Below, piece after piece: positions 9,740-20,387 of a stretch of DNA of 64,000 nucleotides. The position numbers and the translations under genes are program-made. Below the pieces are notes generated by a model. That model did no database searches, was not told the DNA's origin, and saw only the letters and a program-made list of their open reading frames with translations. This DNA is from an uncultured Ignavibacteriota bacterium (GTDB lineage Bacteria > Bacteroidota > Ignavibacteria > UBA10030 > UBA8401). Location of the stretch: assembly GCA_903861125.1 (NCBI GenBank), contig CAIOTF010000038.1, positions 78,060 to 142,059 on the forward strand. The letters run 5' to 3'. Position 1 is the stretch's first letter. Each line of letters opens with the position of its first letter.

Positions 9740-11239
9740 TCATTTTACACCGAACATCTGTACCGACAGTTGTGCAAACTCCACCAATTGGTTGAAGAAT
9801 AATCCAAAGTAGAGTGTCGGAACAAGCAGCGATATCAGAAGGATCTTCTGCGCTAATGGAAAATTGAATTGTACGGCGGAGACGGTCTGTTCTTCGCGCA
9901 GGAACATATTCCTGATGATCCGGACATAATAGTATAAAGAAACAACGCTGTTTAGCACGCCGATCAACGCAATCGTGATCATTTTTGCATTGATGAGCGA
10001 TAAAAAGATCATCCACTTTCCGATGAATCCGGCGGTCGGAGGAAGTCCGGTTAATGAAACAAGAAAGACCGCAAGAGTTACAGAAAGCAATGGCGATCGT
10101 TTTCCCAATCCCTTATAATCATCGATATGTTCGCTGTTGAGTTTGTTTGCAATCAGCATCACAACATAGAATGCACCCAAATTCATGAACAAATAAACAA
10201 CAAAATAGACCATCACGGCGGAAAATCCATCATTGCTCAGCACAACCAGTCCGAGCAGCATATACCCGGCTTGCGCGATGCTCGAATACGCTAACATCCG
10301 TTTCACGTTATCCTGCCAAAGCGCTACAAGGTTTCCAAGAGTCATCGTTAGCACAGACAGAATCATCAAAGCATTTTGAATATGCACACCGCTGATTAAA
10401 GTCCATGTCCCTGCCGGCAGATTCATTACTGATGAATCGATGAACATAACCTTGAACGCACGCATCATCATTGCAAAACCGGCTGCTTTTGATGCGACAG
10501 AAAGAAATGCCGTGATTGTTGTTGGTGCACCTTCATACACATCGGGGGTCCAGAAGTGGAACGGAACCGCCGAGATTTTATAACCAAATCCTACAAGGAT
10601 GAAAATGGATGCAACAATCAGCGCAAGCTGACCCGAACTTCCCTGCATCAGAACACGGTTGATGCCGGCGATATCGAGCGTACCGGTTAAACCATAAACG
10701 ATTGAAATTCCATACAGCATCACGCCTGATGAGAAGGCGCCGTAGAGCAGATATTTTAGTGATGCTTCGGAAGAATCTTTTGCTTTGCGCGTGAAGCCCG
10801 ATGCGACATAGGACGAAAGAGAACTCATCTCTAGCGTTAAGTACATCATCAGCAGATTTGAAGAACCAACCATGAACATCATTCCCAAACACATCGAAAG
10901 AAGCAAAAAGTAATACTCCCCGATCGTTTTATGTTCCGCATTCACCTCATCGGAGAACCGCGACATCAGAACAACGACGATCGTAGCAAAGACAATGAGG
11001 ATCTTAAAGAAGATGGCAAACGGATCGATGCTCAGCATTCCGCTGAATGCAGTGCTATTGATTCCAATATTCTCTGTCAGGACATAAAATGCACCAACGA
11101 GACCGGCAACCGAAAGCACCATCAGCATCTGCGTATTCTTCCTGTCGATTAAATGATAGAGAAGAACAATACAGAGCGTAGCCGTGACGATCACTTCCGG
11201 CAGGATATTTGATAGATTATTGACGATAGTTTCTAGCAT
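9740..11239 (-). CDS. nuoN: NADH-quinone oxidoreductase subunit N.
   Basis: Polytopic antiporter-like subunit, last gene of the nuoA-N block. 499 aa. Confidence 0.85.
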   Translation of the reverse strand: MLETIVNNLSNILPEVIVTATLCIVLLYHLIDRKNTQMLMVLSVAGLVGAFYVLTENIGINSTAFSGMLSIDPFAIFFKILIVFATIVVVLMSRFSDEVNAEHKTIGEYYFLLLSMCLGMMFMVGSSNLLMMYLTLEMSSLSSYVASGFTRKAKDSSEASLKYLLYGAFSSGVMLYGISIVYGLTGTLDIAGINRVLMQGSSGQLALIVASIFILVGFGYKISAVPFHFWTPDVYEGAPTTITAFLSVASKAAGFAMMMRAFKVMFIDSSVMNLPAGTWTLISGVHIQNALMILSVLTMTLGNLVALWQDNVKRMLAYSSIAQAGYMLLGLVVLSNDGFSAVMVYFVVYLFMNLGAFYVVMLIANKLNSEHIDDYKGLGKRSPLLSVTLAVFLVSLTGLPPTAGFIGKWMIFLSLINAKMITIALIGVLNSVVSLYYYVRIIRNMFLREEQTVSAVQFNFPLAQKILLISLLVPTLYFGLFFNQLVEFAQLSVQMFGVK

Positions 11240-11289
11240 GATATATTTTTATTCAGAACAACAAATAATGATTGCGTTAAAGAACAAGT

Positions 11290-12891
11290 TCAATGTACAA
11301 GCGCCGCACCGGCACTCCCCTTCACAAAATCCACCAACGTATTAGCAGATGTGTTCATCACATCGAGCATCAGATTTGGATACAATCCTAAAACAATAAC
11401 GATAATCGCAAGCGGAACAAGCATGATCAGTTCACGTGAGTTGATGTCGGTCAGTTCATTCCATTTTTCCGGCAATGTGCCGAGAAATACTCTTTGCAGT
11501 GTCCACAGCATGTAGCCGGCGGTTAAAACAATGCCGAATGCGGAAGCCATCGTCAGCCATCGGAACGTCTGAAACGCGCCGAGGAACGAGAATGCTTCTG
11601 AAATGAAACCGCTCATTCCGGGAAGTCCGATAGCCGCAAAGAATGCAATAACCATGATACCGGAATACTTCGGCATCTTGTTCATCAATCCGCCGAAATC
11701 ATCCAGTCCGCGTGTATGTGTGCGATCGTAGATCACGCCCACAATCAAGAAGAGCATTGCAGTGATCGTGCCGTGATTGAACATCTGCAGCATTCCGCCG
11801 AGCATCCCCTGTGTGTTCATCGATGCAATACCGAGGATCACGATTCCCATATGACTGACAGACGAATAGGCGATCAGTTTCTTAAAGTCCTTCTGCGCCA
11901 TTGCGCAGAACGCCCCGTAAATGATATTCACAAAACCAAGGAAGGCAAGCGGATAAAGGTAATGCATTGCAGCATCTGGAAAGATGGGGAAACCGATCCG
12001 GAGCAATCCGTATGTTCCCATTTTCAGCAATACGCCGGCAAGAATAACGCTGATGGCCGTCGGCGCTTCAACGTGTGCATCCGGAAGCCATGTGTGGAAC
12101 GGAAAGATTGGCACTTTGATCGCGAATCCGATGAAGACCGCAATGTATGCCAGATAACGCCACGATGTCGACGTTCCGGCCAGGATCGAACCCGCGTCAT
12201 AGTTTGCCGGATTCATCATCGCCAGCATATTGAACGTGTGGATTTTTTCACCCGATGCAGGATCGATAATCGTCACGCTGAAATAGAGCGCCAGCATTGC
12301 CAGCAGCAACAGGACCGATCCGAGCAGTGTATAAAGAAAGAACTTGATTGCGGCATATTCTCTGCGCGGTCCGCCCCATACCCCAATAAGGAAATACATC
12401 GGCAGCAACATCACTTCCCAGAAAATATAGAAGAGGAAGAAGTCAAGTGATACGAACACGCCCATCATTCCGGTATCAAGCAGAAGCAGCAGTGCAAAAT
12501 ATCCCTTAAGCGATTTTTCGATGGTCCAAGATGAAATCACCGCGATGCAAGAAATGATCGCCGTAAGGAAGACCATCGGCATGCTGATACCATCGATACC
12601 GAGAAAATAATCAATCTTAATGGAACCGAACCAGCCGGTACTTTTTACGTTGATCCAATTGAACACTTCTTTGAACTGCATCGTATCGGCAGAATTCACT
12701 CCGGCCAGCGTGCGGTCAAATTTTGCAAAGAGCAGAAATGCAAGAACCACTTGTAACAGCGTAAAGACCAGCGACGTCCAGCGTATCGCCGTTTTTTGTT
12801 CTTTCGGGAGGAGCAATACAATGATCATCCCTATGACAGGAAGAAATGTGAGCCAGGTGAGAATGCCGATGTTGAGGATGTTGAGTTCCAT
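11290..12891 (-). CDS. nuoM: NADH-quinone oxidoreductase subunit M.
   Basis: Antiporter-like Mrp/NuoM family membrane protein of 533 aa, in the operon position between L and N. Confidence 0.85.
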   Translation of the reverse strand: MELNILNIGILTWLTFLPVIGMIIVLLLPKEQKTAIRWTSLVFTLLQVVLAFLLFAKFDRTLAGVNSADTMQFKEVFNWINVKSTGWFGSIKIDYFLGIDGISMPMVFLTAIISCIAVISSWTIEKSLKGYFALLLLLDTGMMGVFVSLDFFLFYIFWEVMLLPMYFLIGVWGGPRREYAAIKFFLYTLLGSVLLLLAMLALYFSVTIIDPASGEKIHTFNMLAMMNPANYDAGSILAGTSTSWRYLAYIAVFIGFAIKVPIFPFHTWLPDAHVEAPTAISVILAGVLLKMGTYGLLRIGFPIFPDAAMHYLYPLAFLGFVNIIYGAFCAMAQKDFKKLIAYSSVSHMGIVILGIASMNTQGMLGGMLQMFNHGTITAMLFLIVGVIYDRTHTRGLDDFGGLMNKMPKYSGIMVIAFFAAIGLPGMSGFISEAFSFLGAFQTFRWLTMASAFGIVLTAGYMLWTLQRVFLGTLPEKWNELTDINSRELIMLVPLAIIVIVLGLYPNLMLDVMNTSANTLVDFVKGSAGAALVH

Positions 12892-12940
12892 AATATTTTT
12901 CAGATTAAAAATTGATTAAACACGCGTGCACAAAATTATT

Positions 12941-14995
12941 TTAAATATACAACGCCAGCAGCACCATGAAACCGATGATCGCAAAGATCATGTATGTCTG
13001 CACTTTTCCTGTTTGAACTTTCCGTATGGATAATCCAAGCAGTCCCGCAAAATATGCCGTAAAATTTACCAGGCCATCTACGACATACGAATCGAATTTC
13101 CCGCTGAAGACAGAAACAAGTTTTGTAAGCCACCCTGCACCATTGACGATTCCATCAACAATTGTTCCATCGAACCAAGCGAGCACCCGTGCGATGCCAA
13201 GCATTCCAGCAACAGCTGTTGCATCATACAGTTCATCGAAATACCATTTGCGGTAAAGAAATGTATGCACAGGTTTCAACGCACGCTCAAACGCATCGGC
13301 AGAGATCTTTTTCCAGAAGTAGGTGACGAATGCCAGCAGAATTCCTATGCCGGACACACCAACAGACAGAAACATTGCCATCGTATGCTGATGATGGATC
13401 TCTTCAACAAATTCGGCTGTCGGAGTTGCCGCGATCGCCTCTGGAACCGCCACCGTCGGATAGGTCATCTTTTGGAAGAACCATCCCTGACTAGCGGAAA
13501 TAGGATTAAAAGAAAAGAATACAAAGAACGATAATGCGGCAAGAACCATCAAAGGAATTGTCATCACTCGCGGCGATTCGTGGATATGGTCAAGACGATG
13601 CTTGTCATGATGCTCTCCCATGAAGGTAAGGATCAGCATGCGGAACATGTAGAACGCCGTCAATCCTGCAACCAAAAATCCAATGATCGGTATCAGCGAA
13701 TGTCCGGTAAAATGTGAGTATGCAAGAGTTCCGGCAAGAATTTCATCCTTACTTAAAAAACCTGAGGTCAGCGGAACACCTGAAATTGCCAGCGTAAAGA
13801 TTGTCATTGTCCAGAATGTCACAGGCATTTTCGACTTCAAACCGCCCATGAAACGGACATCCTGGGCATCGGTATGGTGATCGTTCAAATGATGAAGCGC
13901 ATGATGCATTGCATAGATCACGGAACCGGATGCAAGAAAGAGTCCTGCTTTGAATGCCGCGTGTGTCACAAGATGCATCACGCCGGCAGTGTAGGCGCCG
14001 ACACCGAGACCCATGACCATGTAGCCTAATTGACTGACCGTAGAGTATGCAAGAATTTTTTTAATATCGTTTTGAACAATGGCAATGGAAGCCGCAACAA
14101 ATGCTGTGATCGCTCCCGTATAGGCGATGACCATTAATGCATCGGCTGTGAGCATCGGGAATGTTCGTGCAACGAGATACACACCGGCTGCAACCATCGT
14201 TGCCGCATGGATCAAAGCACTAACAGGCGTCGGACCTTCCATAGCATCCGGAAGCCACACATGAAGTGGAAACTGTGCGGACTTACCAACGGCACCGCAG
14301 AAGATCAGCAACCCTGCTGCTGTCAACCATGTATTCGATCCGAATGGAATATTTCCATGTCCGATTGCAGAGAAGATACCGTCAAACGTGAGGGTGGAGA
14401 ACTGCATCCAAACGATCATGATGCCGATAAAAAATCCAAGATCGCCGACGCGGTTTACGACGAACGCTTTCTTCGCAGCATCGGAAGCGGATTTCTTTTC
14501 ATACCAATGTCCGATAAGCAGATACGAACTTAAACCAACCAATTCCCAGAAAACATACATCAGAAGATAATTGTTGGTAAGCACTATGCCGAGCATGGAG
14601 AAGGTGAAGATACCCAGATTCGCATAGTAGCGCGAGTAACGGACATCATCCTTCATATACGCAAGCGAAAAGAGATGCACCAAAAAGCTGATCAGCGTTA
14701 CCACAACAAGCATCACCGCTGTAAGATTGTCCACCATGATGCCGATATCGATCTTCAGCGGAACATTATTGACAACGGTATGAAAGTCGATCCACGTGAA
14801 CGTGAAATCCCATCGCGTTTCGGCAGCGAGTTTCGAGAAGAAAATATAAACGGCAAGCAGCAGATCTATTCCGAGGAACGTTGTCCCTACGAGACCGCTT
14901 TTTTCCATGAATCGTTTGCCGAAGAAGATCAGAACAACAAAACTGACCAGCGGCAGAAGAAGAATTGCGAGAGCAATGTTAAGTTCAGGTATCAT
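12941..14995 (-). CDS. nuoL: NADH-quinone oxidoreductase subunit L.
   Basis: 684 aa antiporter-like subunit with the long C-terminal extension typical of NuoL. Its start overlaps the nuoK stop by 1 nt. Confidence 0.88.
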   Translation of the reverse strand: MIPELNIALAILLLPLVSFVVLIFFGKRFMEKSGLVGTTFLGIDLLLAVYIFFSKLAAETRWDFTFTWIDFHTVVNNVPLKIDIGIMVDNLTAVMLVVVTLISFLVHLFSLAYMKDDVRYSRYYANLGIFTFSMLGIVLTNNYLLMYVFWELVGLSSYLLIGHWYEKKSASDAAKKAFVVNRVGDLGFFIGIMIVWMQFSTLTFDGIFSAIGHGNIPFGSNTWLTAAGLLIFCGAVGKSAQFPLHVWLPDAMEGPTPVSALIHAATMVAAGVYLVARTFPMLTADALMVIAYTGAITAFVAASIAIVQNDIKKILAYSTVSQLGYMVMGLGVGAYTAGVMHLVTHAAFKAGLFLASGSVIYAMHHALHHLNDHHTDAQDVRFMGGLKSKMPVTFWTMTIFTLAISGVPLTSGFLSKDEILAGTLAYSHFTGHSLIPIIGFLVAGLTAFYMFRMLILTFMGEHHDKHRLDHIHESPRVMTIPLMVLAALSFFVFFSFNPISASQGWFFQKMTYPTVAVPEAIAATPTAEFVEEIHHQHTMAMFLSVGVSGIGILLAFVTYFWKKISADAFERALKPVHTFLYRKWYFDELYDATAVAGMLGIARVLAWFDGTIVDGIVNGAGWLTKLVSVFSGKFDSYVVDGLVNFTAYFAGLLGLSIRKVQTGKVQTYMIFAIIGFMVLLALYI

Positions 14996-15303
14996 TAGTC
15001 TTTTAAGAGTGAAATTTCGTCAACATTGACTGTATTGAAACGTTTGTAAATATTCAGCACGATCGCCAACGCAATGGCAGCTTCCGCCGCCGCAAGAATA
15101 ATAACGAAGACCGCTGCCATCTGGCCTTCAATGTTCATTCCGCCAAAACGCGAGAAGGCAAGAAAATTGATATTGGCGGAATTAAGAATAAGTTCAACGC
15201 CCATCAAAACCATGATCGCATTGCGGCGCGTGAGCACGGCATAGATCCCGAGAGAGAATAAGACCGCGCTGATGATCAGAAAGTGTGTAAGAGTGATTGT
15301 CAT
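14995..15303 (-). CDS. nuoK: NADH-quinone oxidoreductase subunit K.
   Basis: 102 aa, three TM helices, in conserved operon position. Confidence 0.85.
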   Translation of the reverse strand: MTITLTHFLIISAVLFSLGIYAVLTRRNAIMVLMGVELILNSANINFLAFSRFGGMNIEGQMAAVFVIILAAAEAAIALAIVLNIYKRFNTVNVDEISLLKD

Positions 15304-15349
15304 AATATTAAAATTTCAAATTTCGATGTAAGCAAATTCCAATTGTTCG

Positions 15350-15880
15350 TTATTTGGAACTAGGAATTTGTGATTTGATACCTTCTCTTCTCGCCATCAT
15401 CGCCGCACCAACAATCGCCACGAGCAGGATCACCGATGCAATTTCAAACGGCAGCACATGCGTAGTGATCAATGCTGTGCCGATCTCTTTTGATGTCGTC
15501 TGCGCCGGCAGTTCACCCATTTGTTTGCTTACAAACCAGTCGCTTGTCCAGAACACTCCGCCAAGCAATCCGGCAAGTGCAGCTACCACGCTGGCAGCTG
15601 CAAGCACATTCATCGATCCTGATTTGATGTCGATGTTAACCGTATTGGTGGTCAGCATAACGCCGAACAGCAGCAGAACAAGAATACCACCGACGTAAAT
15701 GAGCAATTGTGTGATCGCAAGAAAATCTGCATTGAGCAGCACGTAGATCCCTGCAACACCAAAGAATGTGAATAGAAGCGAAAACGCGGCATAGATAATA
15801 TTGCGCGAAAAAACAACGACCGATGCCGAAGCAACAGTAATGAACGCAAAGAAGTAAAAAATTATTTCATACATATTCAT
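15350..15880 (-). CDS. nuoJ: NADH-quinone oxidoreductase subunit J.
   Basis: Membrane subunit. The probable start is MNMYEIIFYF at 15880, 7 nt after the nuoI TAG. The ORF track extends to 15931, which would overlap nuoI by 44 nt. Confidence 0.8.
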   Translation of the reverse strand: MNMYEIIFYFFAFITVASASVVVFSRNIIYAAFSLLFTFFGVAGIYVLLNADFLAITQLLIYVGGILVLLLFGVMLTTNTVNIDIKSGSMNVLAAASVVAALAGLLGGVFWTSDWFVSKQMGELPAQTTSKEIGTALITTHVLPFEIASVILLVAIVGAAMMARREGIKSQIPSSK

Positions 15881-15887
15881 AATGGTT

Positions 15888-16547
15888 CTATTGCTGAGTT
15901 GGTGGTGTATCCGGACCTTTGGGCTGTTCACTCTGTGCCGGTGTGACCGGTGCAGCTGGTATCTCCGGCACCGGTGCGGGCTGTGCAGCAGCGGCCGCTT
16001 TTGCAGCGGCTGCCTGTGCTGCAGCTGCAGCTTTCTTAGCCGTCTGTTCTTCGTCGTACTGCTTCACTTTTAATTTCGCTGTTTCAACTTCAACGGCCGA
16101 CATTGTGCCGAAATTATAGATCAGATTGTTACGGTCGTATTCCGAAAATTCATAGACATCGGTCATCTTCAGGCATTCTGTCGGACATGGGAACACACAC
16201 AATCCGCAGTAGCAGCATTTGGCGATATCGATATCAAATTTTGTGACATAGATCCTTTTCTTTTGTCCTGTGGATGTCTCGCCGAGAGTTTCCGTGGGAG
16301 GAGCCTTCATTACTTCAATTTCGATGCAGTCAACCGGACAGGCTTTCGCGCATAATTCGCATCCGATACAGTCATCATAATTCATGTAAAGGCGGTTGCG
16401 CACCCGATCCGGCATCTGTTTTTTCTCATGCGGATATTGCAGCGTTACCGTCGGCGATACCATCTGCCTAATCGTGATTCGCATCCCGATCAAAGCCGAA
16501 CTGATCGCACGGTAGATATCATTGAAATATATTGTTAATGCTGTCAT
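15888..16547 (-). CDS. nuoI: NADH-quinone oxidoreductase subunit I (2x[4Fe-4S] ferredoxin-type) with a C-terminal Ala/Pro-rich low-complexity extension.
   Basis: Two CxxCxxCxxxCP motifs (CIGCELCAKACPVDC, CCYCGLCVFPCPTEC). The C-terminal ~65 aa is KKAAAAAQAAAAKAAAAAQPAPVPEIPAAPVTPAQ.... Confidence 0.88.
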   Translation of the reverse strand: MTALTIYFNDIYRAISSALIGMRITIRQMVSPTVTLQYPHEKKQMPDRVRNRLYMNYDDCIGCELCAKACPVDCIEIEVMKAPPTETLGETSTGQKKRIYVTKFDIDIAKCCYCGLCVFPCPTECLKMTDVYEFSEYDRNNLIYNFGTMSAVEVETAKLKVKQYDEEQTAKKAAAAAQAAAAKAAAAAQPAPVPEIPAAPVTPAQSEQPKGPDTPPTQQ

Positions 16548-16593
16548 AAGTATTATAATTTTCTAGTTGTCTCTTAGCGGCTCAGCGAAGAGA

Positions 16594-17637
16594 TCAGATA
16601 ACCATGATAAAACCGATCGCGATGATGCAGAACAATGCGAACGGCGTCAGAACTTTCCACGAAACGTACATCAATTGATCAACGCGCAGCCGAGGAAGTG
16701 TCCAGCGGAGCCAAATGTTCAAGAAAACAAATGACATTCCTTTCAGTACAAACCAAAACGCGCTCCAGACCGTACCGCTCATAAACGAACCGAATGGACT
16801 CGTCCAGCCGCCGAAGAACATTACTACAACGATCGCCGAGACCAGAAACAGATTGGCATATTCTGCAAGATAGAAAATAGCAAATTTCATTCCGCTGTAT
16901 TCTGTGTTATAGCCCTGCACCAATTCCGACTCCGCTTCCGGAAGATCGAACGGGGTTCTGTTCACTTCCGCCATCGACGACAGCAGATAGATGATGAAAA
17001 GTATGAACATAAAGGGAAAGAGCGCAAGTTTTTGTCCGAGCGGAAAATTACCGCCGATGATCAGCCAATTTTGAATTCCGCCATCCTGCATCTGCGTCAT
17101 CGTTTGCATGTTCATTGTGCCGAACACCATCACAACTCCGAGAATAGCTAGCACTCCTGGAATTTCATAGCTGACAATCTGTGCTGCAGAACGTAGCGCA
17201 CCGAACATCGACCACTTATTGTTCGACGCCCATCCGGCCATCAGTAATCCGACAACCACAAGCGATGAAGCGGCAACCAGATAGAATATCCCGAGATCGA
17301 TATTGCTTCCGATAAATCCGCTGCTGAAAGGCATTACCGCAAACGAAGCGTACGTACCGATGAAAACAAGATACGGTGCAAGAATGAACAGGAACTTGTC
17401 GGCATCCGTAGGAATGATATCTTCCTTCTGCAGCAGCTTCAACATATCGGCGATTGGCTGAATGACACCGTGCCAGCCGGTCTCCATATACGCAAGACGG
17501 TTCTGGATGTGCGCAGCCACCTTCATTTCGAAATAGATTGTTACCAGTGCATAGACCAAAATGAACACCAACGGGATCAAGGCAAGCAGCACCATTGTCA
17601 CAGCGGGTTCATTCAAAAATGCGAGAATATTTTCCAT
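16594..17637 (-). CDS. nuoH: NADH-quinone oxidoreductase subunit H.
   Basis: NuoH/ND1 family. Conserved LLALIPLVFILVYALV...MKVAAHIQNRLAYMETGW region. The likely start is the Met at 17637 (MENILAFLNEP); the ORF track extends to 17688. Confidence 0.82.
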   Translation of the reverse strand: MENILAFLNEPAVTMVLLALIPLVFILVYALVTIYFEMKVAAHIQNRLAYMETGWHGVIQPIADMLKLLQKEDIIPTDADKFLFILAPYLVFIGTYASFAVMPFSSGFIGSNIDLGIFYLVAASSLVVVGLLMAGWASNNKWSMFGALRSAAQIVSYEIPGVLAILGVVMVFGTMNMQTMTQMQDGGIQNWLIIGGNFPLGQKLALFPFMFILFIIYLLSSMAEVNRTPFDLPEAESELVQGYNTEYSGMKFAIFYLAEYANLFLVSAIVVVMFFGGWTSPFGSFMSGTVWSAFWFVLKGMSFVFLNIWLRWTLPRLRVDQLMYVSWKVLTPFALFCIIAIGFIMVI

Positions 17638-17734
17638 TGATATTTTTATTTTTTCATCATCCTTCGAATCGTTCCGGCACCCTTCCACTTCTCTCTGGGT
17701 AATGCCGAGACATATCCGGGATGACCATGAATGT

Positions 17735-18895
17735 TTATCTGTCTACTTCACCAAGCACGATATCGATACTGCCCATGATCGCAACAAGGTCCGCGAGCAT
17801 AGCCCCTTTTGAAATCTCATTAATCACACTAAGATTCACAAATGCCGGTGCGCGGGCTTTTATGCGATACGGCGTTACACTGTCCTCAGCAACAATATAG
17901 AATCCCAATTCTCCGCGCGGACCTTCCACTCGTCCGTACGCATCACCCGGTACAGGACGTATTCGTTTCGGAACCGCTTTCTGAACATCACCTTCGGGTA
18001 GAGTTGCTATGGCTTGTTCGATAATGCGGAGACTTTCCCACATCTCGCGTTGCCGCACGATGTTTCTGTCCCACACATCGCCGACCGTTCCCATCTCCCC
18101 TTTACCCACAATCACATCCCATTCGAACTTATTATAGAGCGTATACGGATCATCGCGGCGCAAATCAAAATCAACACCGGAACCGCGAAGCATAGGGCCG
18201 CTGCATGCATAGTTGATCGCCAAATCCTTGGGAAGAATACCGACATTCGCCGTCCGTTTAATGAATATCTCGTTGTAATTAAGCAGATCGTTCACTTCTT
18301 TCAGCGTCTTTTTAAAATCGGTGCAGAACTCCTTCGTTCTTTCAACAAATTGCGGCGGAATGTCGTGTGAAAGTCCGCCGATCCATATGTAGTTATAGAG
18401 CAACCGGGCACCGCAGGTCATTTCAAATAATTCAAGAATTTTTTCGCGGTCACGGAAGTAATAGAGGAACGGCGTGAATGCGCCCATATCAATGCCGAAC
18501 GTTCCGATAGCGATCAAATGCGATGCAATACGCTGCAGTTCCGCCATGATAATGCGGATATAATGCACTCGTTCCGGTACTTCGATCTTTAATAATTTTT
18601 CAGCCGCAACAACAAATGCATGTTCGTTTGTCATTGCTGCCACATAGTCCATCCGGTCAACGTAGGGAATCACCTGCTGGTAACTGGTCATATGTTCGCA
18701 GTGCTTTTCGAAGCAGCGATGCAGGTACCCCAAATGAGGAATGACATCTACAACGATCTCGCCGTCCAGCACCACTTCAAGGCGAAGCACACCGTGGGTT
18801 GACGGATGCTGCGGCCCCATATTGACCACCATTTCTTCAGTGCGAAGTGTTCTTCCGGTGGAGGTTTTTATTGCATGTAAATGAGTTTCTGTCAT
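17735..18895 (-). CDS. nuoD: NADH-quinone oxidoreductase subunit D (49-kDa subunit).
   Basis: 386 aa, ending in the conserved ...IMGSIDIVLGEVDR. Encoded separately from nuoC. Confidence 0.92.
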   Translation of the reverse strand: MTETHLHAIKTSTGRTLRTEEMVVNMGPQHPSTHGVLRLEVVLDGEIVVDVIPHLGYLHRCFEKHCEHMTSYQQVIPYVDRMDYVAAMTNEHAFVVAAEKLLKIEVPERVHYIRIIMAELQRIASHLIAIGTFGIDMGAFTPFLYYFRDREKILELFEMTCGARLLYNYIWIGGLSHDIPPQFVERTKEFCTDFKKTLKEVNDLLNYNEIFIKRTANVGILPKDLAINYACSGPMLRGSGVDFDLRRDDPYTLYNKFEWDVIVGKGEMGTVGDVWDRNIVRQREMWESLRIIEQAIATLPEGDVQKAVPKRIRPVPGDAYGRVEGPRGELGFYIVAEDSVTPYRIKARAPAFVNLSVINEISKGAMLADLVAIMGSIDIVLGEVDR

Positions 18896-18951
18896 TGTTT
18901 TTTTTATTCAAGTAGCGATCCGGCTGTAAGAGCTTTCGGATTGCTCGCTCA

Positions 18952-19428
18952 TTAATACGGGACCTTCATCCCATTATAAAATTCCGGCGTCTGATAATCT
19001 TTGCGCAGCGGGTGACCTTCCCAGTCTTCCGGCAGCAAGATCCTACGCTGATCGGGATGACCAACAAAATTAAAACCAAACAGATCGTATGCTTCGCGTT
19101 CATGCCAGTTTGCCGTTTTCCAAACCGATTCAACTGATGGCACATTCGGTGTTTCGGTCGGCACTTCTATTTTCAAAACGATCTTGTGACGATGCGTCAT
19201 CGAGTACAGATGATACGTAATACCGAGCTTTCCCTTATAGTCCACGCCGGAGAGACACATTAAATAATCGAACTGCAGCCGATCATCACTTTTTGTGAAT
19301 TCAGCCACTTCTTTGATTTTTTCCGTTTGGATTTTAATGAAAGGATCGGGAACATTCTCGAGTTTTGCCTCAAGGATGGCTTCGCCGAACTGTGATTTCA
19401 GTATATCGTGTATTTCTTGTGCTGTCAT
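18952..19428 (-). CDS. nuoC: NADH-quinone oxidoreductase subunit C (30-kDa subunit).
   Basis: 158 aa with conserved ERE(x)YDLFG and HPDQRR motifs. Confidence 0.9.
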   Translation of the reverse strand: MTAQEIHDILKSQFGEAILEAKLENVPDPFIKIQTEKIKEVAEFTKSDDRLQFDYLMCLSGVDYKGKLGITYHLYSMTHRHKIVLKIEVPTETPNVPSVESVWKTANWHEREAYDLFGFNFVGHPDQRRILLPEDWEGHPLRKDYQTPEFYNGMKVPY

Positions 19429-19455
19429 AATATTGTACGCAGGACGTGTGATAAG

Positions 19456-19950
19456 TTAAACTGCTTTTTTCTTTACCATAGTTTCGTTGCGGATCTTTTC
19501 CTGCAACTTGATCAATCCTTCGAGCAATGCTTCGGGGCGCGGCGGACAGCCGGGTACGTACACATCAACCGGAATCACACGATCGACACCTTTCAAAACA
19601 TGATACCCATGCTCCCAATACGGTCCGCCGCAATTGGAGCAGCTTCCCATAGAAATCACATAGCGCGGTTCCGGCATCTGGTCATACAATCGTTTAATGC
19701 GTGAAGCCATTTTCAACGTCACCGTTCCGGAGACGATCATCACGTCGCACTGACGCGGTGTCGCACGCGGAATCACGCCGAAACGCATCATATCGAAATT
19801 GGATGCGGATGCAGCCATCATTTCGATAGCGCAACAGGCAAGACCGAACTGCATCTGGTACAACGATGAAAGCCGTGCCCAATTCAACAGATTGTCCATC
19901 GTGGTGACAACGATGTTCGAGTTTTCAAATTTTTGGTCGAGTAATCCCAT
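19456..19950 (-). CDS. nuoB: NADH-quinone oxidoreductase subunit B (20-kDa, N2 cluster).
   Basis: CCAIEMM...[10 protein letters not shown]...PGCPPRPE cysteine motifs. 164 aa. Confidence 0.93.
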   Translation of the reverse strand: MGLLDQKFENSNIVVTTMDNLLNWARLSSLYQMQFGLACCAIEMMAASASNFDMMRFGVIPRATPRQCDVMIVSGTVTLKMASRIKRLYDQMPEPRYVISMGSCSNCGGPYWEHGYHVLKGVDRVIPVDVYVPGCPPRPEALLEGLIKLQEKIRNETMVKKKAV

Positions 19951-19958
19951 AAAATATT

Positions 19959-20387
19959 TTAGTTCAATACAGTTTCTTCTTGTTCTTCAAAGACGGATTT
20001 TTTTGCTTGCGGTAAGAATTGCGGAATCGGCTTATCCCATTCCAGATCACCTTTTATCCACACATAAATATAGCCGACAATCAGGATGCCAAGGAAAACA
20101 AGCATCTCGATAAATGCGAACATCCCGAAGCCCTTAAAGACCAATGCCCACGGGAACAGGAATACAGTTTCAACTTCGAACACAAGGAAGATCAGAGCGA
20201 CTACATAGAAGCGGATATTAAACTTGATGTGGGAAGCGCCGATCGGGATCTCGCCGCATTCGTATGTTGAAAGTTTTTCTGCATATGGACGCCGCGGACG
20301 AAGAAGCCATGATGCTGTCAGTCCGGCAGCCGTGAAGACTGCACCGACGATGAAGAAGACGAGAATATTTCCAAATTCAGTTAACAT
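19959..20387 (-). CDS. nuoA: NADH-quinone oxidoreductase subunit A.
   Basis: Three-TM small subunit with the conserved YECGE motif. First gene of the block. Confidence 0.88.
   Translation of the reverse strand: MLTEFGNILVFFIVGAVFTAAGLTASWLLRPRRPYAEKLSTYECGEIPIGASHIKFNIRFYVVALIFLVFEVETVFLFPWALVFKGFGMFAFIEMLVFLGILIVGYIYVWIKGDLEWDKPIPQFLPQAKKSVFEEQEETVLN

Noticed and set aside
11716-12450. 244-aa plus-strand ORF inside nuoM. Similar long antisense ORFs occur inside nuoL, dnaK, tkt, hypF and the TPR gene.
   Set aside because: They are antisense to highly conserved, well-supported genes. Their products are Cys/His/Arg-rich low-complexity sequences typical of shadow frames.
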